Positions 7,766 to 17,586 of a stretch of DNA of 30,002 bases are shown here, one piece after another (position 1 is the first letter of the stretch; each line of letters starts with the position of its first letter). The DNA is from a virus. Its lineage: Duplodnaviria; Caudoviricetes. A program made the position numbers and the translations under genes. The stretch is taken from positions 1 through 30,002 of the IMG/VR virus record IMGVR_UViG_3300032278_000081; one strand, given 5' to 3'. The notes under the pieces are model-generated. The model made no database searches, was not told where the DNA came from, and saw nothing but the letters and a program-made list of their open reading frames with translations.

Positions 7766-10700
7766 TCAATTCATCAGCGTCAAACTATCTGAAAGAGCAA
7801 GGCCAAGGGCACGCGGCTGCTGGCGTAACAGTTGTTCGATGCTTTGCAGCCGTTTGTCCAGTACGTCAATCCCTATCGCTTCGCTCTTCGCTTCGTCTAG
7901 TGTTTGCACCCGTTCTTTGCCGTGAAGTATCGCGGGTGTTCCTGATCCGAAGTCGAGGAATTTCCCTCCGGTGCCGTGTTGAAAACCGAAATCTTTTAAC
8001 CCAAATGGCCCTTCTGCCGCATGTCGGATTTCTTCAATGTTTATCCGCGTCGTAATTTCTCGCGGTAATCCGCGTAAGCCGCTATCAATGCCACCCAAGC
8101 GGTTAATGAACGCATCCAGCTTTTCGACCACGCGATTGACGGCCTGTTCCACTGCGGCCCACCCGGTCTTCTGTGTGGATTCCAACGCGCCCGCTTCCTT
8201 CGCTTGGTCAATGAGTTTTTGCGTATTCGCCGTGATCGGGATTCCGAGTTTCTCATGGGCTTCCATCATCAGCGTCAAGGCGGGGCCAAGCTGAAGTACC
8301 GCTTCTTGCTGCGAAAACCCCGCTTCGATCAATCGGTCATACATCCGCAAGCCTTGTTTTTCAAGACTCGCCATCGTTTCCGCGTTGAGTGCCCCCGTGC
8401 GAGACAGAGCCAGCATCGTATCGTCAAGGGCTTCCACCGCTCCCACCAGCGTGGCATTTTCCTTCACGCGATCTCTGAAAGCCACTAACTGTTTGAGGGC
8501 CACATTATCTGTTGTCACACCCAACTTTTCTTGTTGGGCGATCACCATCTCAAGAGCGGGACCATGCGCTTTCACGGCTTCGGTAAAGGACATCCCCGCA
8601 GCTAGCGCCGCTTCAAATGACGCGACGGCAATTGTCCCTAAGTCTTCAAGTTCTTCCTTCGTTTTAACACCACTTGCCCCCATTGCCGCCACGCCTTCAG
8701 CCGCTAGCTTGGATTGCTCACCGACAAACTTGATCGTTTCGGCAGCAGTTCCAAATCTCTCCGCAAGTGTGATCAGTTCCACGAATTTTTTGGAGGCGAT
8801 TTCCCCAGACTCCACCACCACTGTGGCAATATCTCCAAACGCTTCACCAAATTCCTTTGCGGCTTGCTTTGCGGTGACAGCGTGCGTTTCAATAGCCACG
8901 AAAATATCTCTGACAGCCGCAATACTTCGGCTGACCCCATATGCCACTACACCCCCGCCCTCTTCGATCACGTCGGAGATGTGGAGCATTAACGCCCCGA
9001 AATCAGACCTGACTCGTTTGCGTGTTTCCGCGATAGAATCAGCGAGTCCCTTAGAAAGAGCTATGCCCATAGTACGTTTCACGGTTTTGGTCACGTTCTC
9101 TTGCACAGTCGGGCCGCTAAACAGTTTTTTGAATGCTCCGATAATCATGGGAGCCATAGCCCCAATCGCTGATCCAATCGGGCCAGCCATATCACCTAAG
9201 CCGCCTAGCAGCTTGCCAAACATGCCACCCTTTTCTTTAGCCATCGCTCCAAGCTTAGTTCCCAGCGATTCGCCTAACCCACCGCCCAGCACGGAGCCAA
9301 TTTGAGTCCCTACCGCCAGCATCGCACCGCTAAAACCACCGCCGCCCTTGAAAGCCTCGATAAGGGTATTAGGCAACCCTTTCACGATGTCTGAAAAGCC
9401 CCCCCTGAAATGTCGGGCCGCAGTTTGCCCAAAAGATTCAAGGACTGGTGCGGGTGGCATTCCTACGTCCACTCCAATCGGAATGGTGATCCCCATGCTT
9501 ACATTTTTTTGTAATTCTTTTGCTAACTTCGTCCAGTGACCCGGTGGCACTTCAATAATCGAAAGCTTATCCAGCGAAAGTTGCACAGGGTGAGCATCTA
9601 AAACCTCGTGCAAGTCACGAATAGAGTTAGCAACTTCTCGCATGGCCTCTGGAGCTTCACGCCCCATCAGTCGATATTTTTCTAACCCGTCTTCTAGCGT
9701 ATTCAATAACTGCTCTTGATCTTTTCGTGTGAGCTTGGTGATGCTCCCAAATCTTTGAAATGCGGCTAGCGCTTTGTCTGCTGCTGGAATCGCGCCGTTT
9801 GTCCACAGTGTGACCTGATCGGTGATCTGTTTGTTTAGCTCTTGTGTGGCTTCGTCCAGTGCTTTCGTTTGTTTAGCGAGTTCTTCCGCTTCTTCCGCAG
9901 CTTTCGCCGCCGCTGCTCCTTTTTTGTCCATAAGGTCGGCAATTTGTTGTAATGTTGGAGACACTTCTTCGTTTGCTTCACGTAACCGATGCACCCCATC
10001 CGCGATCCGCTGCATTTGCTCGTCGCTTAGCCCGCCAACTTTCGCTATGTTCTCCATTGCCTCATGTAAGGCTTCTGCCGAACCCTCAATTGCTGCCACA
10101 GTTAACGCAGTTTCCAATTCTTCAAGTTGTTCTGCGAGTTCTTTGACTCCGCGTGCCGCTTCCTCTTCTGCCGTTTCCCCCACGCGGCCAAGCCATGTAT
10201 TCCAACTTTTTAATCCTTCAACGACAAACTCCATAGCTTCAATGATAGGTTGCATAAACGCAGCATTAGCTACTACATCTTTGAATTTCGTCCAACCTTC
10301 CCACACCTTCTTCACAATAAACATCAAGCCCTTAAACGCGGCGATCACCACGTTCATAAGTAACTGCGCCAATTCCCACAAGATATCCCGCACGGGTTTA
10401 ATCGAAAGCAGCAGTCCGGCCAGAAGAAGGGGGATCGCTACCCACCACGATGCTAACGCCCCCAAAGGAGCAAGCAAGCCGCCGATAGTCCCAAGTAATC
10501 CCGTAGTACCTAATGCCGTAGCGAGAGAACCAAACAACATGGTAACGGTACCCGCCATCATTAAAATAGGGCCAATCGCTGCAAGGAGAGCCGCAAACCC
10601 TAAGACCAGCTTTTGAATGCCGGGAGAAAGATTCTGAAACGCGGGCACTAACGTATCGGATACCCAATTTGATATCTTGATCCCGATCTCTAAAAATGAC

Positions 10701-11767
10701 GTGAGCATGGGCGCTAAGACTTCCCCGATTTCAATCAGTGCGCCCGTTGCTGCCGACTGCATCAGGGTAAACGTCCCAGCGAGTCCTTCCATTTGCGTTT
10801 CAGCAATTTCTTTGGCAATGTTTCCGACGCCTTCTAGATCACCTGTCATCTTTTTCAGCGCGTCTGACCCTTGACCCACCAGCGCGGCCATCGCTGGACC
10901 CGCCCGCTGCCCAAAGATCGTGATCAGTTGTTCTGTGGTGGCACTACTTGATCCCAACTGCCTTACGATCTCGTCCATGGGTTTAATTTGCCCACTCGCG
11001 TCTGTGACATTTAACCCCAAGGATCGCATTTCTTTTCGGGCTTTACTGGTTGGCCCTAGCAGTTTGGTAATGGCTCCACGAAGCGAGGTGCCCGCCATTG
11101 ATCCCTGTATACCCGCATTTCCCATCAGCGCAATCGCCGCAGCGGTGGATTCAAATGATAAGCCCGCAGACTTCGCCACTGGCCCCGCGTATTTAAACGC
11201 CACGCCTAACTGCGTGAGATCCGTATTGGCCGAGGTAAACGCTTTAACCAAAACATTATTGGTATGCGCGAGGTCTTCCGTGGTTTGCCCGAAGCCCGTC
11301 ATAATGTTTGACGTAATATCAGCGGCACTGGCAATATCGAGCGTGGCAGCAGCCGCGAGTTCCAACACGTTCGGCATCGCCCCATAAATTTCAGTAGTTT
11401 CAAATCCTGCCATACCCAAAAAACCCATTGCGTCAGCCGCTTCCCCGGCTGAAAATTTTGTGGTCTTGCCGAGTTCTTTGGCTTGATTTTCTAGGAGTTT
11501 GAAATCACCGCCCGTGGCCCCCGTCAAGGCTTTCACACGGTTCATGGATTTTTCAAATGAACCAAACGCAATCCCCGCCGCTGCTCCCAATCCCACAATG
11601 GGAGCCGTGAGGCCCATCGTCATTTGCGATCCCGTGGCTTGCATCTGACCACCAACCTTGGTCAGTTTTGCGCCGGTATTTTTAAGAGATTGTTGCGCTT
11701 TTTTGAGGGCGGGAGTCAGTAAATCTTTAAGGCGTAGCGTAGCGAGAAGTGTCCCAATGTTGATCAT
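7766..11767 (-). CDS. Tape measure protein (TP901 family core)
   Basis: 1333 aa, Ala/Gly-rich; AKELGKTTKFSAGEAADAM and GIQGSMAGTSLR motifs; follows chaperones. Confidence 0.95.
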   Translation of the reverse strand: MINIGTLLATLRLKDLLTPALKKAQQSLKNTGAKLTKVGGQMQATGSQMTMGLTAPIVGLGAAAGIAFGSFEKSMNRVKALTGATGGDFKLLENQAKELGKTTKFSAGEAADAMGFLGMAGFETTEIYGAMPNVLELAAAATLDIASAADITSNIMTGFGQTTEDLAHTNNVLVKAFTSANTDLTQLGVAFKYAGPVAKSAGLSFESTAAAIALMGNAGIQGSMAGTSLRGAITKLLGPTSKARKEMRSLGLNVTDASGQIKPMDEIVRQLGSSSATTEQLITIFGQRAGPAMAALVGQGSDALKKMTGDLEGVGNIAKEIAETQMEGLAGTFTLMQSAATGALIEIGEVLAPMLTSFLEIGIKISNWVSDTLVPAFQNLSPGIQKLVLGFAALLAAIGPILMMAGTVTMLFGSLATALGTTGLLGTIGGLLAPLGALASWWVAIPLLLAGLLLSIKPVRDILWELAQLLMNVVIAAFKGLMFIVKKVWEGWTKFKDVVANAAFMQPIIEAMEFVVEGLKSWNTWLGRVGETAEEEAARGVKELAEQLEELETALTVAAIEGSAEALHEAMENIAKVGGLSDEQMQRIADGVHRLREANEEVSPTLQQIADLMDKKGAAAAKAAEEAEELAKQTKALDEATQELNKQITDQVTLWTNGAIPAADKALAAFQRFGSITKLTRKDQEQLLNTLEDGLEKYRLMGREAPEAMREVANSIRDLHEVLDAHPVQLSLDKLSIIEVPPGHWTKLAKELQKNVSMGITIPIGVDVGMPPAPVLESFGQTAARHFRGGFSDIVKGLPNTLIEAFKGGGGFSGAMLAVGTQIGSVLGGGLGESLGTKLGAMAKEKGGMFGKLLGGLGDMAGPIGSAIGAMAPMIIGAFKKLFSGPTVQENVTKTVKRTMGIALSKGLADSIAETRKRVRSDFGALMLHISDVIEEGGGVVAYGVSRSIAAVRDIFVAIETHAVTAKQAAKEFGEAFGDIATVVVESGEIASKKFVELITLAERFGTAAETIKFVGEQSKLAAEGVAAMGASGVKTKEELEDLGTIAVASFEAALAAGMSFTEAVKAHGPALEMVIAQQEKLGVTTDNVALKQLVAFRDRVKENATLVGAVEALDDTMLALSRTGALNAETMASLEKQGLRMYDRLIEAGFSQQEAVLQLGPALTLMMEAHEKLGIPITANTQKLIDQAKEAGALESTQKTGWAAVEQAVNRVVEKLDAFINRLGGIDSGLRGLPREITTRINIEEIRHAAEGPFGLKDFGFQHGTGGKFLDFGSGTPAILHGKERVQTLDEAKSEAIGIDVLDKRLQSIEQLLRQQPRALGLALSDSLTLMN

Positions 11768-12081
11768 GCTTTCGATCCTGTATCAATGCCCAATTCCTGC
11801 CCCACCGAGAGCAGATGCAGCCGGAGATAACGCTGCGCCGATTTATCGGTGGGTACATGTTTCCCATCTGCACCGTCGATCCGCGATTTTGCATCCGCTA
11901 ACGACCGCAGATCAAGAATTTGAAACAGCGATCCATTCGTGTCATTTTCCAATGCTTTGCGTGCCGTATCCGGTAAACACTGAAACTCATCACAAATGCG
12001 AGAAATCACCCACAACTCAGGGGGCGGGATGTCTGTCCCTTGCTGCTCTAGGTACTCGACAAACCGCCGTGCCCTTCCCCC
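11764..12081 (-). CDS. Tail assembly chaperone GT extension (-1 frame)
   Basis: -1 frame is open from GGGGGAA (12081-12075) through GRARRFVEYLEQ.. into the tracked ORF 11764-12015. Confidence 0.75.
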   Translation of the reverse strand, partial: GGRARRFVEYLEQQGTDIPPPELWVISRICDEFQCLPDTARKALENDTNGSLFQILDLRSLADAKSRIDGADGKHVPTDKSAQRYLRLHLLSVGQELGIDTGSKA

Positions 12082-12482
12082 GCTTCTTGCTCCGTTTCAG
12101 GCCGGGAGAAATCAAAAATTTCTTGAGCGAGAAACGCCGCCGTAGGCTCATCCAATTCCCCGATCACGTCGGTGCGGTTCGTGTCACCAATCCCCGGCGT
12201 GAGCGTCCACGACACGATCCCCTTTTCAAGAATCGTATCGCGGTGATAATTGGAAATGCTGGCTTCCTGCGTTTTCTGTAAGCGGTCGAGTTTCCCAGAA
12301 TCTTCATTCCGCAGGGCTTGCATCAATTCCGCGCCGACTTCACGCATAAAGCCGATCCCTTGGCTTTGTTGTTTCGTCGCGGCTTCGGCCAGTTTGCGAT
12401 GGCTCAATTTCCGAATCACCGCACTCTCTCCCGCATCATGCGGCAGATCAATTTTTTTAGTAACACCGATCACTAATCCCAT
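12048..12482 (-). CDS. Tail assembly chaperone (gpG-like)
   Basis: Between tail tube and tape measure; SD AGGAG; slippery site near 3' end. Confidence 0.8.
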   Translation of the reverse strand: MGLVIGVTKKIDLPHDAGESAVIRKLSHRKLAEAATKQQSQGIGFMREVGAELMQALRNEDSGKLDRLQKTQEASISNYHRDTILEKGIVSWTLTPGIGDTNRTDVIGELDEPTAAFLAQEIFDFSRPETEQEAGEGHGGLSST

Positions 12483-12506
12483 TCGTTCATTCTCCTAACG
12501 ATTACG

Positions 12507-12932
12507 TTACGACCAGACGCCCGCACCCGTGGGCACCAGTTCAGCCACAATCGTCTGAATTGATCCCATTGCGGCCACCACTTCACTGGACATCAGCCGC
12601 ACATCCACGGTGAAGGTTTTGCTATCCCCAAACACCACGACCAACTCGCGCCCATCGTCCTGCGGCCCGTCATCGACGGTCCCTAGCACCGCGTGCGTTC
12701 CTGTCGTACCTGTGGTGTCCCAGATACAGGTCAAGGTAATATTTTCTACGGTTTTGAGGCCCGTGGGGGTCTGCTCCGTAAAGCTATCACCCAGCGCGGT
12801 GGTGTCCATCAGTTGTGCTGATGTTTTGGCCGTGATGCCTTCCAAAATAAAATTGGTTAGTGCACGGGCTGTTCCACCGGGACCATCTTCTAACGTGACG
12901 GTGACACTTGCTGGGCCATATTTTCCTGCCAT
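12507..12932 (-). CDS. Tail tube (major tail) protein
   Basis: DTTALGDSFTEQTPTGLK tube-loop motif; SD AAGGAG; synteny. Confidence 0.75.
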   Translation of the reverse strand: MAGKYGPASVTVTLEDGPGGTARALTNFILEGITAKTSAQLMDTTALGDSFTEQTPTGLKTVENITLTCIWDTTGTTGTHAVLGTVDDGPQDDGRELVVVFGDSKTFTVDVRLMSSEVVAAMGSIQTIVAELVPTGAGVWS

Positions 12933-12946
12933 TGTTTAACTCCTTA

Positions 12947-13693
12947 CTATGAACGTGAAAATCCCGCAAAAATAGTTATTGATCCTGTTCCCGATACTAT
13001 TCCTGTAAAAGATAAGTAGCGGTTCACAGTCCCAGACACACTCACACGTTCTGCAAATGGTGCTGATACATTATCGGTAAACGATAAGAGGTCAGAATAC
13101 GTCACATTATCTGCTGAGTGCCTAACCTTTCCGACAAAGCCACTAAACCCTGATGCCGCTGTACACTGCATGAATCCTACGCCACCGGCTGATGTAGAGG
13201 CCGAGTTGTCCACAGAGGTAGACGTTGTATCCCAGCTATCCGTTTTCGTGACGAGCTTTTCAAGAATGACCCCCGCACTCCGTGCGCCGGTCATCGAGTA
13301 GGTGACATTAGCCTTTTGTAAATTTCCTAATTCTGCCACCACTTCATATTCTGAAGAGTACGTGCCTTCAAATCCCACAAACGGATAGCCGATGGTCTGT
13401 CCCGCAAATCCGACGCACAGCACGCGGGCTGTGGCTTGTGGTGAACTAGGCACGCTCCCACTCAAGGCATCATGGGAGTAGTTCGTCGTGGTATCAAAAA
13501 ACGCCCCTTCCTGCACCACTTCTAAACTTGCCACCCCGGTGGGGTACTGCTCCGTAAACGTATCCCCAATTCCGGTGCCGTCTGTCAGTTCTGATGAAAT
13601 CTTCTCGCGCAGTCCGGTGATCTTATTGGACAGCATGTTGTAGCCATCTATTAAGCAGATCCCACTTGCGGGGCCAAATTTTCCTACAGCCAT
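12947..13693 (-). CDS. Tail tube paralogue with C-terminal extra domain
   Basis: Shares GK(F/Y)GPAS and GD(T/S)FTEQxPTG with 12507-12932. Confidence 0.65.
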   Translation of the reverse strand: MAVGKFGPASGICLIDGYNMLSNKITGLREKISSELTDGTGIGDTFTEQYPTGVASLEVVQEGAFFDTTTNYSHDALSGSVPSSPQATARVLCVGFAGQTIGYPFVGFEGTYSSEYEVVAELGNLQKANVTYSMTGARSAGVILEKLVTKTDSWDTTSTSVDNSASTSAGGVGFMQCTAASGFSGFVGKVRHSADNVTYSDLLSFTDNVSAPFAERVSVSGTVNRYLSFTGIVSGTGSITIFAGFSRS

Positions 13694-13698
13694 AATCG

Positions 13699-13938
13699 TT
13701 ACCTTCTTTTAGTTTTTTTCGCCGTTGGAGTCACTTCCTCAATACTCCCTTGGGCTACTAAACTTTTGATGGACTTCTCAGGGATGTCCTCACAGAGTGC
13801 CCCCGCTTTGACGTTTTTGAGTGTCACTTTTTCCCGTTGTGCCTCACTCAATTTCGAGATCCCCCCCGCCTTGAGTACAATTTTCAAACTGGCGGGCGTC
13901 GGGTACATCAGGCCGACCAGTGCCCGGTATTTCGCCAT
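13699..13938 (-). CDS. Small hypothetical protein in tail region
   Basis: SD GAGG, co-oriented, basic C-terminus. Confidence 0.7.
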   Translation of the reverse strand: MAKYRALVGLMYPTPASLKIVLKAGGISKLSEAQREKVTLKNVKAGALCEDIPEKSIKSLVAQGSIEEVTPTAKKTKRR

Positions 13939-14040
13939 CTAGCGTGCCTCTCTTTCTGCGCCGCACGTCATGCACACCTCTTTCCCTCCCAAGACCGGCT
14001 TAAACTGATCCGAAGCCGCTCCACACTGGCACCGTCCCAT
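13939..14040 (-). CDS. Putative 33-aa zinc-ribbon microprotein, not in ORF track
   Basis: MGRCQCGAASDQFKPVLGGKEVCMTCGAEREAR; stop abuts next ATG; no clear SD. Confidence 0.5.
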   Translation of the reverse strand: MGRCQCGAASDQFKPVLGGKEVCMTCGAEREAR

Positions 14041-14081
14041 CGGTTGCGGTTGCGGTGGTGGCGGCGTGGGGAGTTCTGTGA

Positions 14082-14486
14082 TCATCCGATGTCTTTCGTA
14101 AAGATCATGTTAAATCCCACCGTGGGACGATCTTGCTCATCCACATTCACCGGGAACGGCTCTTGGAGATTCTCACTCATATAATAGCGCGTGCCCGACA
14201 AATCTTCTGTTTCAATCGTGGCAAGATTTTCCCACACCGTTTGCGCAGTCGTGCGGGCCGTTTCATAATCCGCTGGGGCACCACGTACTAAAATTTGCAC
14301 ACCGGGACGCTCATACTGCACCCCAGCGGTACCTAGGGCGCGAGTCGGAGCTAAGCCCCCTGTTTCGATCACGGTGACGCACGCATCCGGCAGCGCGGGC
14401 ATCGTGCTTTTGAAGACATCCGTACCCACCGTGCCGCTGATCGTGGTAGCAATCCGCACAGCTAAATCATCCAACACATTTGCCAT
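14082..14486 (-). CDS. Tail terminator (minor capsid 3-like)
   Basis: ERPGVQILVRG and DEQDRP..FN motifs; synteny. Confidence 0.75.
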   Translation of the reverse strand: MANVLDDLAVRIATTISGTVGTDVFKSTMPALPDACVTVIETGGLAPTRALGTAGVQYERPGVQILVRGAPADYETARTTAQTVWENLATIETEDLSGTRYYMSENLQEPFPVNVDEQDRPTVGFNMIFTKDIG

Positions 14487-14906
14487 TTAAACCATGCCTT
14501 GATTGAGTTTGATGCGCTTCGCAAGCCGCGCCATTAGTTGCGGCTCCGCTTCGTTAATCGCTGACTCTAAAAATTTCTTTTGCCCAACCTTATGCTTGAA
14601 TGGCGCGGCGGGCGGTTCAGGATCTTCATGCTGCACTATTGCATATGAAGCCGCTGGGCCACCCACAGAAATTTCTACATTCAGAAATTTTCCCTTCCAG
14701 TACGGCGCACTGGTTTCATGGCTATCCCGAAGCGTCCCGCCCCCGCTTCCTCCCGGCCTAACATCCACAGGCGTGCGCTTCATCGATTCTTTTTGAATAA
14801 CAAGTGCTTCCTGATAGAGTGCCGCCGCCGCTTGGAGGGGCACATTTTTTTCTAGCTTTTTCATATTCCCGATCACCTTCGGGATATTTTTAATAAAGAC
14901 AGCCAT
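14487..14906 (-). CDS. HK97 gp10-like tail completion protein
   Basis: TPVD..GTLRDS, YAIVQHE, GQKKFLESA motifs. Confidence 0.8.
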   Translation of the reverse strand: MAVFIKNIPKVIGNMKKLEKNVPLQAAAALYQEALVIQKESMKRTPVDVRPGGSGGGTLRDSHETSAPYWKGKFLNVEISVGGPAASYAIVQHEDPEPPAAPFKHKVGQKKFLESAINEAEPQLMARLAKRIKLNQGMV

Positions 14907-15262
14907 CAGCCTAGCTCTACTTCCACCACAAACTCTGCATTCGTGGTAGGGTCAACGGGTCCACCGATCCGCAAGATGGGCATGGTCGATCCATCTGGTA
15001 ACGTAAACTCATCCCGCTCATCCACCGTGACCGGGACCAGAAACAACAACCGCGCTAGCGAAAGTTTTTCTTCGCCCGTCGCAGTGCGTACATATTTTTG
15101 CCGACGTTCAACAATCGCCGTGCGATTCACGCCGGTTGCATAAGTTGGCTTCCCATACCCATCCACACTAGAAAATGCTTTATGCGTCACTGTCGCTTGC
15201 AGCGCACTGGTCACACTGTCAGCAATTGCCACACCGTCTTGCACAATCGTGGCAAGACTCAT
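14906..15262 (-). CDS. Head closure / stopper protein
   Basis: DGYGKPTY motif; lies between adaptor and gp10-like gene. Confidence 0.65.
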   Translation of the reverse strand: MSLATIVQDGVAIADSVTSALQATVTHKAFSSVDGYGKPTYATGVNRTAIVERRQKYVRTATGEEKLSLARLLFLVPVTVDERDEFTLPDGSTMPILRIGGPVDPTTNAEFVVEVELG

Positions 15263-15789
15263 GAAGCACGCTCCAAAGTTCTCGTGGCTGACATGCGCCC
15301 GCGCACCGAGCTAAACCACGTACCGGGGATCATGAGGTACACCGCATCCGGTACGACCTTGTTATATTGATTCGCTGTGAATTGCAGAAACACCGATCCC
15401 GCTTTGATGGACGTGATCCCTTGCGCTTCGATTTCATTATCCTGCGCCCGGTTCGCTACGAGCAATTGCCGCGCATATTCCGCTTCGGCATTCTTCACTT
15501 CTGAAGGCACGGTATCGGAATCCAGCACCACATCGATCCGCTCCAGCAGTCCCGTACGCGGCCAGCCGAGGGCTTGCGTCGTGGTGGTGGCGTAGCTGTT
15601 CCACGTAAACAGGGCTTCCATCAGTTTCGTAGCCCACAATAACGCTCGTATTTTATTGTTTTCGGAGGCATCTGCCCACGTCGTTGACACGGCTGGCCGA
15701 TCATCGTGATACTGATCCGCTTCGGCCAGTGTGCAATAACTATTGGCCGTGGCACTTTTCGCCGTCGCAACAAGAGTGGATGTACCCAT
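15259..15789 (-). CDS. Head-tail adaptor (DnaT_2-like family)
   Basis: ANSYCTLAEADQY, QALGWPR and VPSEVKNA motifs. Confidence 0.8.
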   Translation of the reverse strand: MGTSTLVATAKSATANSYCTLAEADQYHDDRPAVSTTWADASENNKIRALLWATKLMEALFTWNSYATTTTQALGWPRTGLLERIDVVLDSDTVPSEVKNAEAEYARQLLVANRAQDNEIEAQGITSIKAGSVFLQFTANQYNKVVPDAVYLMIPGTWFSSVRGRMSATRTLERAS

Positions 15790-16211
15790 CAGTTAATGCA
15801 CACGTTAATGTCCAGCGTGGAGGTGCTGGAATACGTCCCGACCACCACCGTTTTCACGCGCAGCCGATCTCCGATCACGCCATCAAGAATCGTGTTGTCT
15901 GACAATGCCCCATCAGTCGGGGTGACGTTCGCGGCCAGTGCAATATAGGGACGCACCCCGCTGATCTTGGTGACGGTAGTAGTCGCAAAGGCAAACTGCA
16001 TGATATCGATCCACGTCGATCCGTTATCTACCGAAGTCTGCACAAACACATCACACGTCGTATCCCCACCACCACGCACAAAAGCCGCTTGCGTCAAAAT
16101 CACCGATGCGCCCATGGGGATGGAAATCTCCGCACTGGAATAGGTGCCCGCTGTGGTATTCGTCAGATTCAGAGATTGCAGAAACGTCGAACGCTTGGGG
16201 AAAACCGCCAT
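15789..16211 (-). CDS. Putative virion structural / decoration protein
   Basis: Beta-rich, VQTSVDNGSTWID motif; downstream of capsid. Confidence 0.55.
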   Translation of the reverse strand: MAVFPKRSTFLQSLNLTNTTAGTYSSAEISIPMGASVILTQAAFVRGGGDTTCDVFVQTSVDNGSTWIDIMQFAFATTTVTKISGVRPYIALAANVTPTDGALSDNTILDGVIGDRLRVKTVVVGTYSSTSTLDINVCIN

Positions 16212-16355
16212 TTACTTGGCCCCCTTAGCCTTCTTCTTCGTACTCTTTTTCTTGGTGCCCGCAACGGTATGCAGGGCCGGATCAAACTCTGACGCATTGA
16301 TCACCGCGTCTGATCCATCCTTGAGCGTGACCGCTATGGTTTGGACAATCGCCAT
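16212..16355 (-). CDS. Small 47-aa protein with Lys-rich tail, not in ORF track
   Basis: MAIVQTIAVTLKDGSDAVINASEFDPALHTVAGTKKKSTKKKAKGAK; stop abuts next ATG. Confidence 0.75.
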   Translation of the reverse strand: MAIVQTIAVTLKDGSDAVINASEFDPALHTVAGTKKKSTKKKAKGAK

Positions 16356-16376
16356 ATATCACCCGCTTTCTCACCG

Positions 16377-16418
16377 AATAGGTGAACCCCTCCGCTGAGA
16401 TGGAAGGGTTCACCTATT
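16377..16418 (-). terminator. Long stem-loop after major capsid gene (terminator or stabiliser)
   Basis: 13-bp perfect inverted repeat AATAGGTGAACCC / GGGTTCACCTATT; weak U-tract. Confidence 0.6.
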
Positions 16419-16434
16419 AAGCGATCTGTTCCAA

Positions 16435-17574
16435 TTAACCGGCGATGATAACGCCAAGCTCTGGCCGGATAACCGCACCACCATAGAGCGCATCAAACGC
16501 CCATTGGTACTGCTTGTACTGTCTGGTGATCTCTAGCCGAAGCGCTAACCCAGAGTCTTCATCGACGGCGGTTGCTGACATACTGCCACCTTCAAATTGC
16601 TCTGTTTCCATCAGCGGAGCCATCGCAAATCCAATGAGATCCCGATGAAGGAGCAAGTTCTCGACATACGATCCCTTAAACGTTAAGGCCGCATTGTCAG
16701 CATAGGCGTACTGGATCGAGGGGGTCATGGTAATCACTGTGGAAGTTGCCGAGGACACTTGATAGGTCTGCGTCGATCCGGCTACCACAAAAATATCACC
16801 TTCAACCGGGGCACCAGAGCCGCCATCAACCGTGAGCGTCGTATCACCCACGGCAACGCTGGCATCATTCACAAGCCAACTACTGGGGCTGTTGGTTTCC
16901 GTATGTGTCGCCACGTTCTGCGACATCAACCACCGGGCACCTAACTTGTACCCGATCTCGCCTTCCACTATGGTTTCCTTGGTGCCCGCTGCTGACGCAT
17001 CCAAGAACGCCGAGAGTTGCAGGGCATTAGCTTCCGCATCCGCATCAAGAATCACAAAGCGGTTATCCATCGGCATCAGTTGATTATTCGCAATCGCACG
17101 CGCATCAAGGTATTGCGAAACATTCGATGCAAACGGCGTGGTGCCCGCTGTGCCCGTGTAGCCATAGACGCCAGCAGTGGTGTCAATCAATGACCAGAGG
17201 TAATCATCCACGGTGTTCGCCAAACTCTTCACCGCTTCTGACATCTGCATGGGAATGATCCCCCGCTGCACTTGACTGATCGCTTGATCAGACATCGCAA
17301 AGGGGGCTTCTTTCCACTGGTCGAGGGTAATGGCTACGCTCGTGGGCGTGACCGCTGTAACAGCCGGAGGCACCACATCAGCCGTGACGGTGCGGGTAGT
17401 AATCGCAGACGGCACCGCGACGTTGACCGTCGATCCTTGCCGAGCGGCAGGGCCGATCCGATCTTCGTATGAGCGATTAACAATCCGAGGAAGTACGACT
17501 TGCTGACGGAGGGCATCAAGGCCCATCGCCACTGCCGTTTGAACGATATTAGTTGTTACTAAGGTTCCAGCCAT
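16435..17574 (-). CDS. Major capsid protein (P22 coat-like)
   Basis: SD AAGGAG before ATG 17574; QGSTVNVAVP, ITLDQWK and FDALYG..IRPE patterns; follows scaffold. Confidence 0.85.
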   Translation of the reverse strand: MAGTLVTTNIVQTAVAMGLDALRQQVVLPRIVNRSYEDRIGPAARQGSTVNVAVPSAITTRTVTADVVPPAVTAVTPTSVAITLDQWKEAPFAMSDQAISQVQRGIIPMQMSEAVKSLANTVDDYLWSLIDTTAGVYGYTGTAGTTPFASNVSQYLDARAIANNQLMPMDNRFVILDADAEANALQLSAFLDASAAGTKETIVEGEIGYKLGARWLMSQNVATHTETNSPSSWLVNDASVAVGDTTLTVDGGSGAPVEGDIFVVAGSTQTYQVSSATSTVITMTPSIQYAYADNAALTFKGSYVENLLLHRDLIGFAMAPLMETEQFEGGSMSATAVDEDSGLALRLEITRQYKQYQWAFDALYGGAVIRPELGVIIAG

Positions 17575-17586
17575 CAAGAAGCTCCT

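Noticed and set aside
8037-12498. Long plus-strand ORFs (for example 306 and 264 aa)
   Set aside because: Shadow frames of the Ala-rich tape measure and chaperone genes; no RBS or motifs
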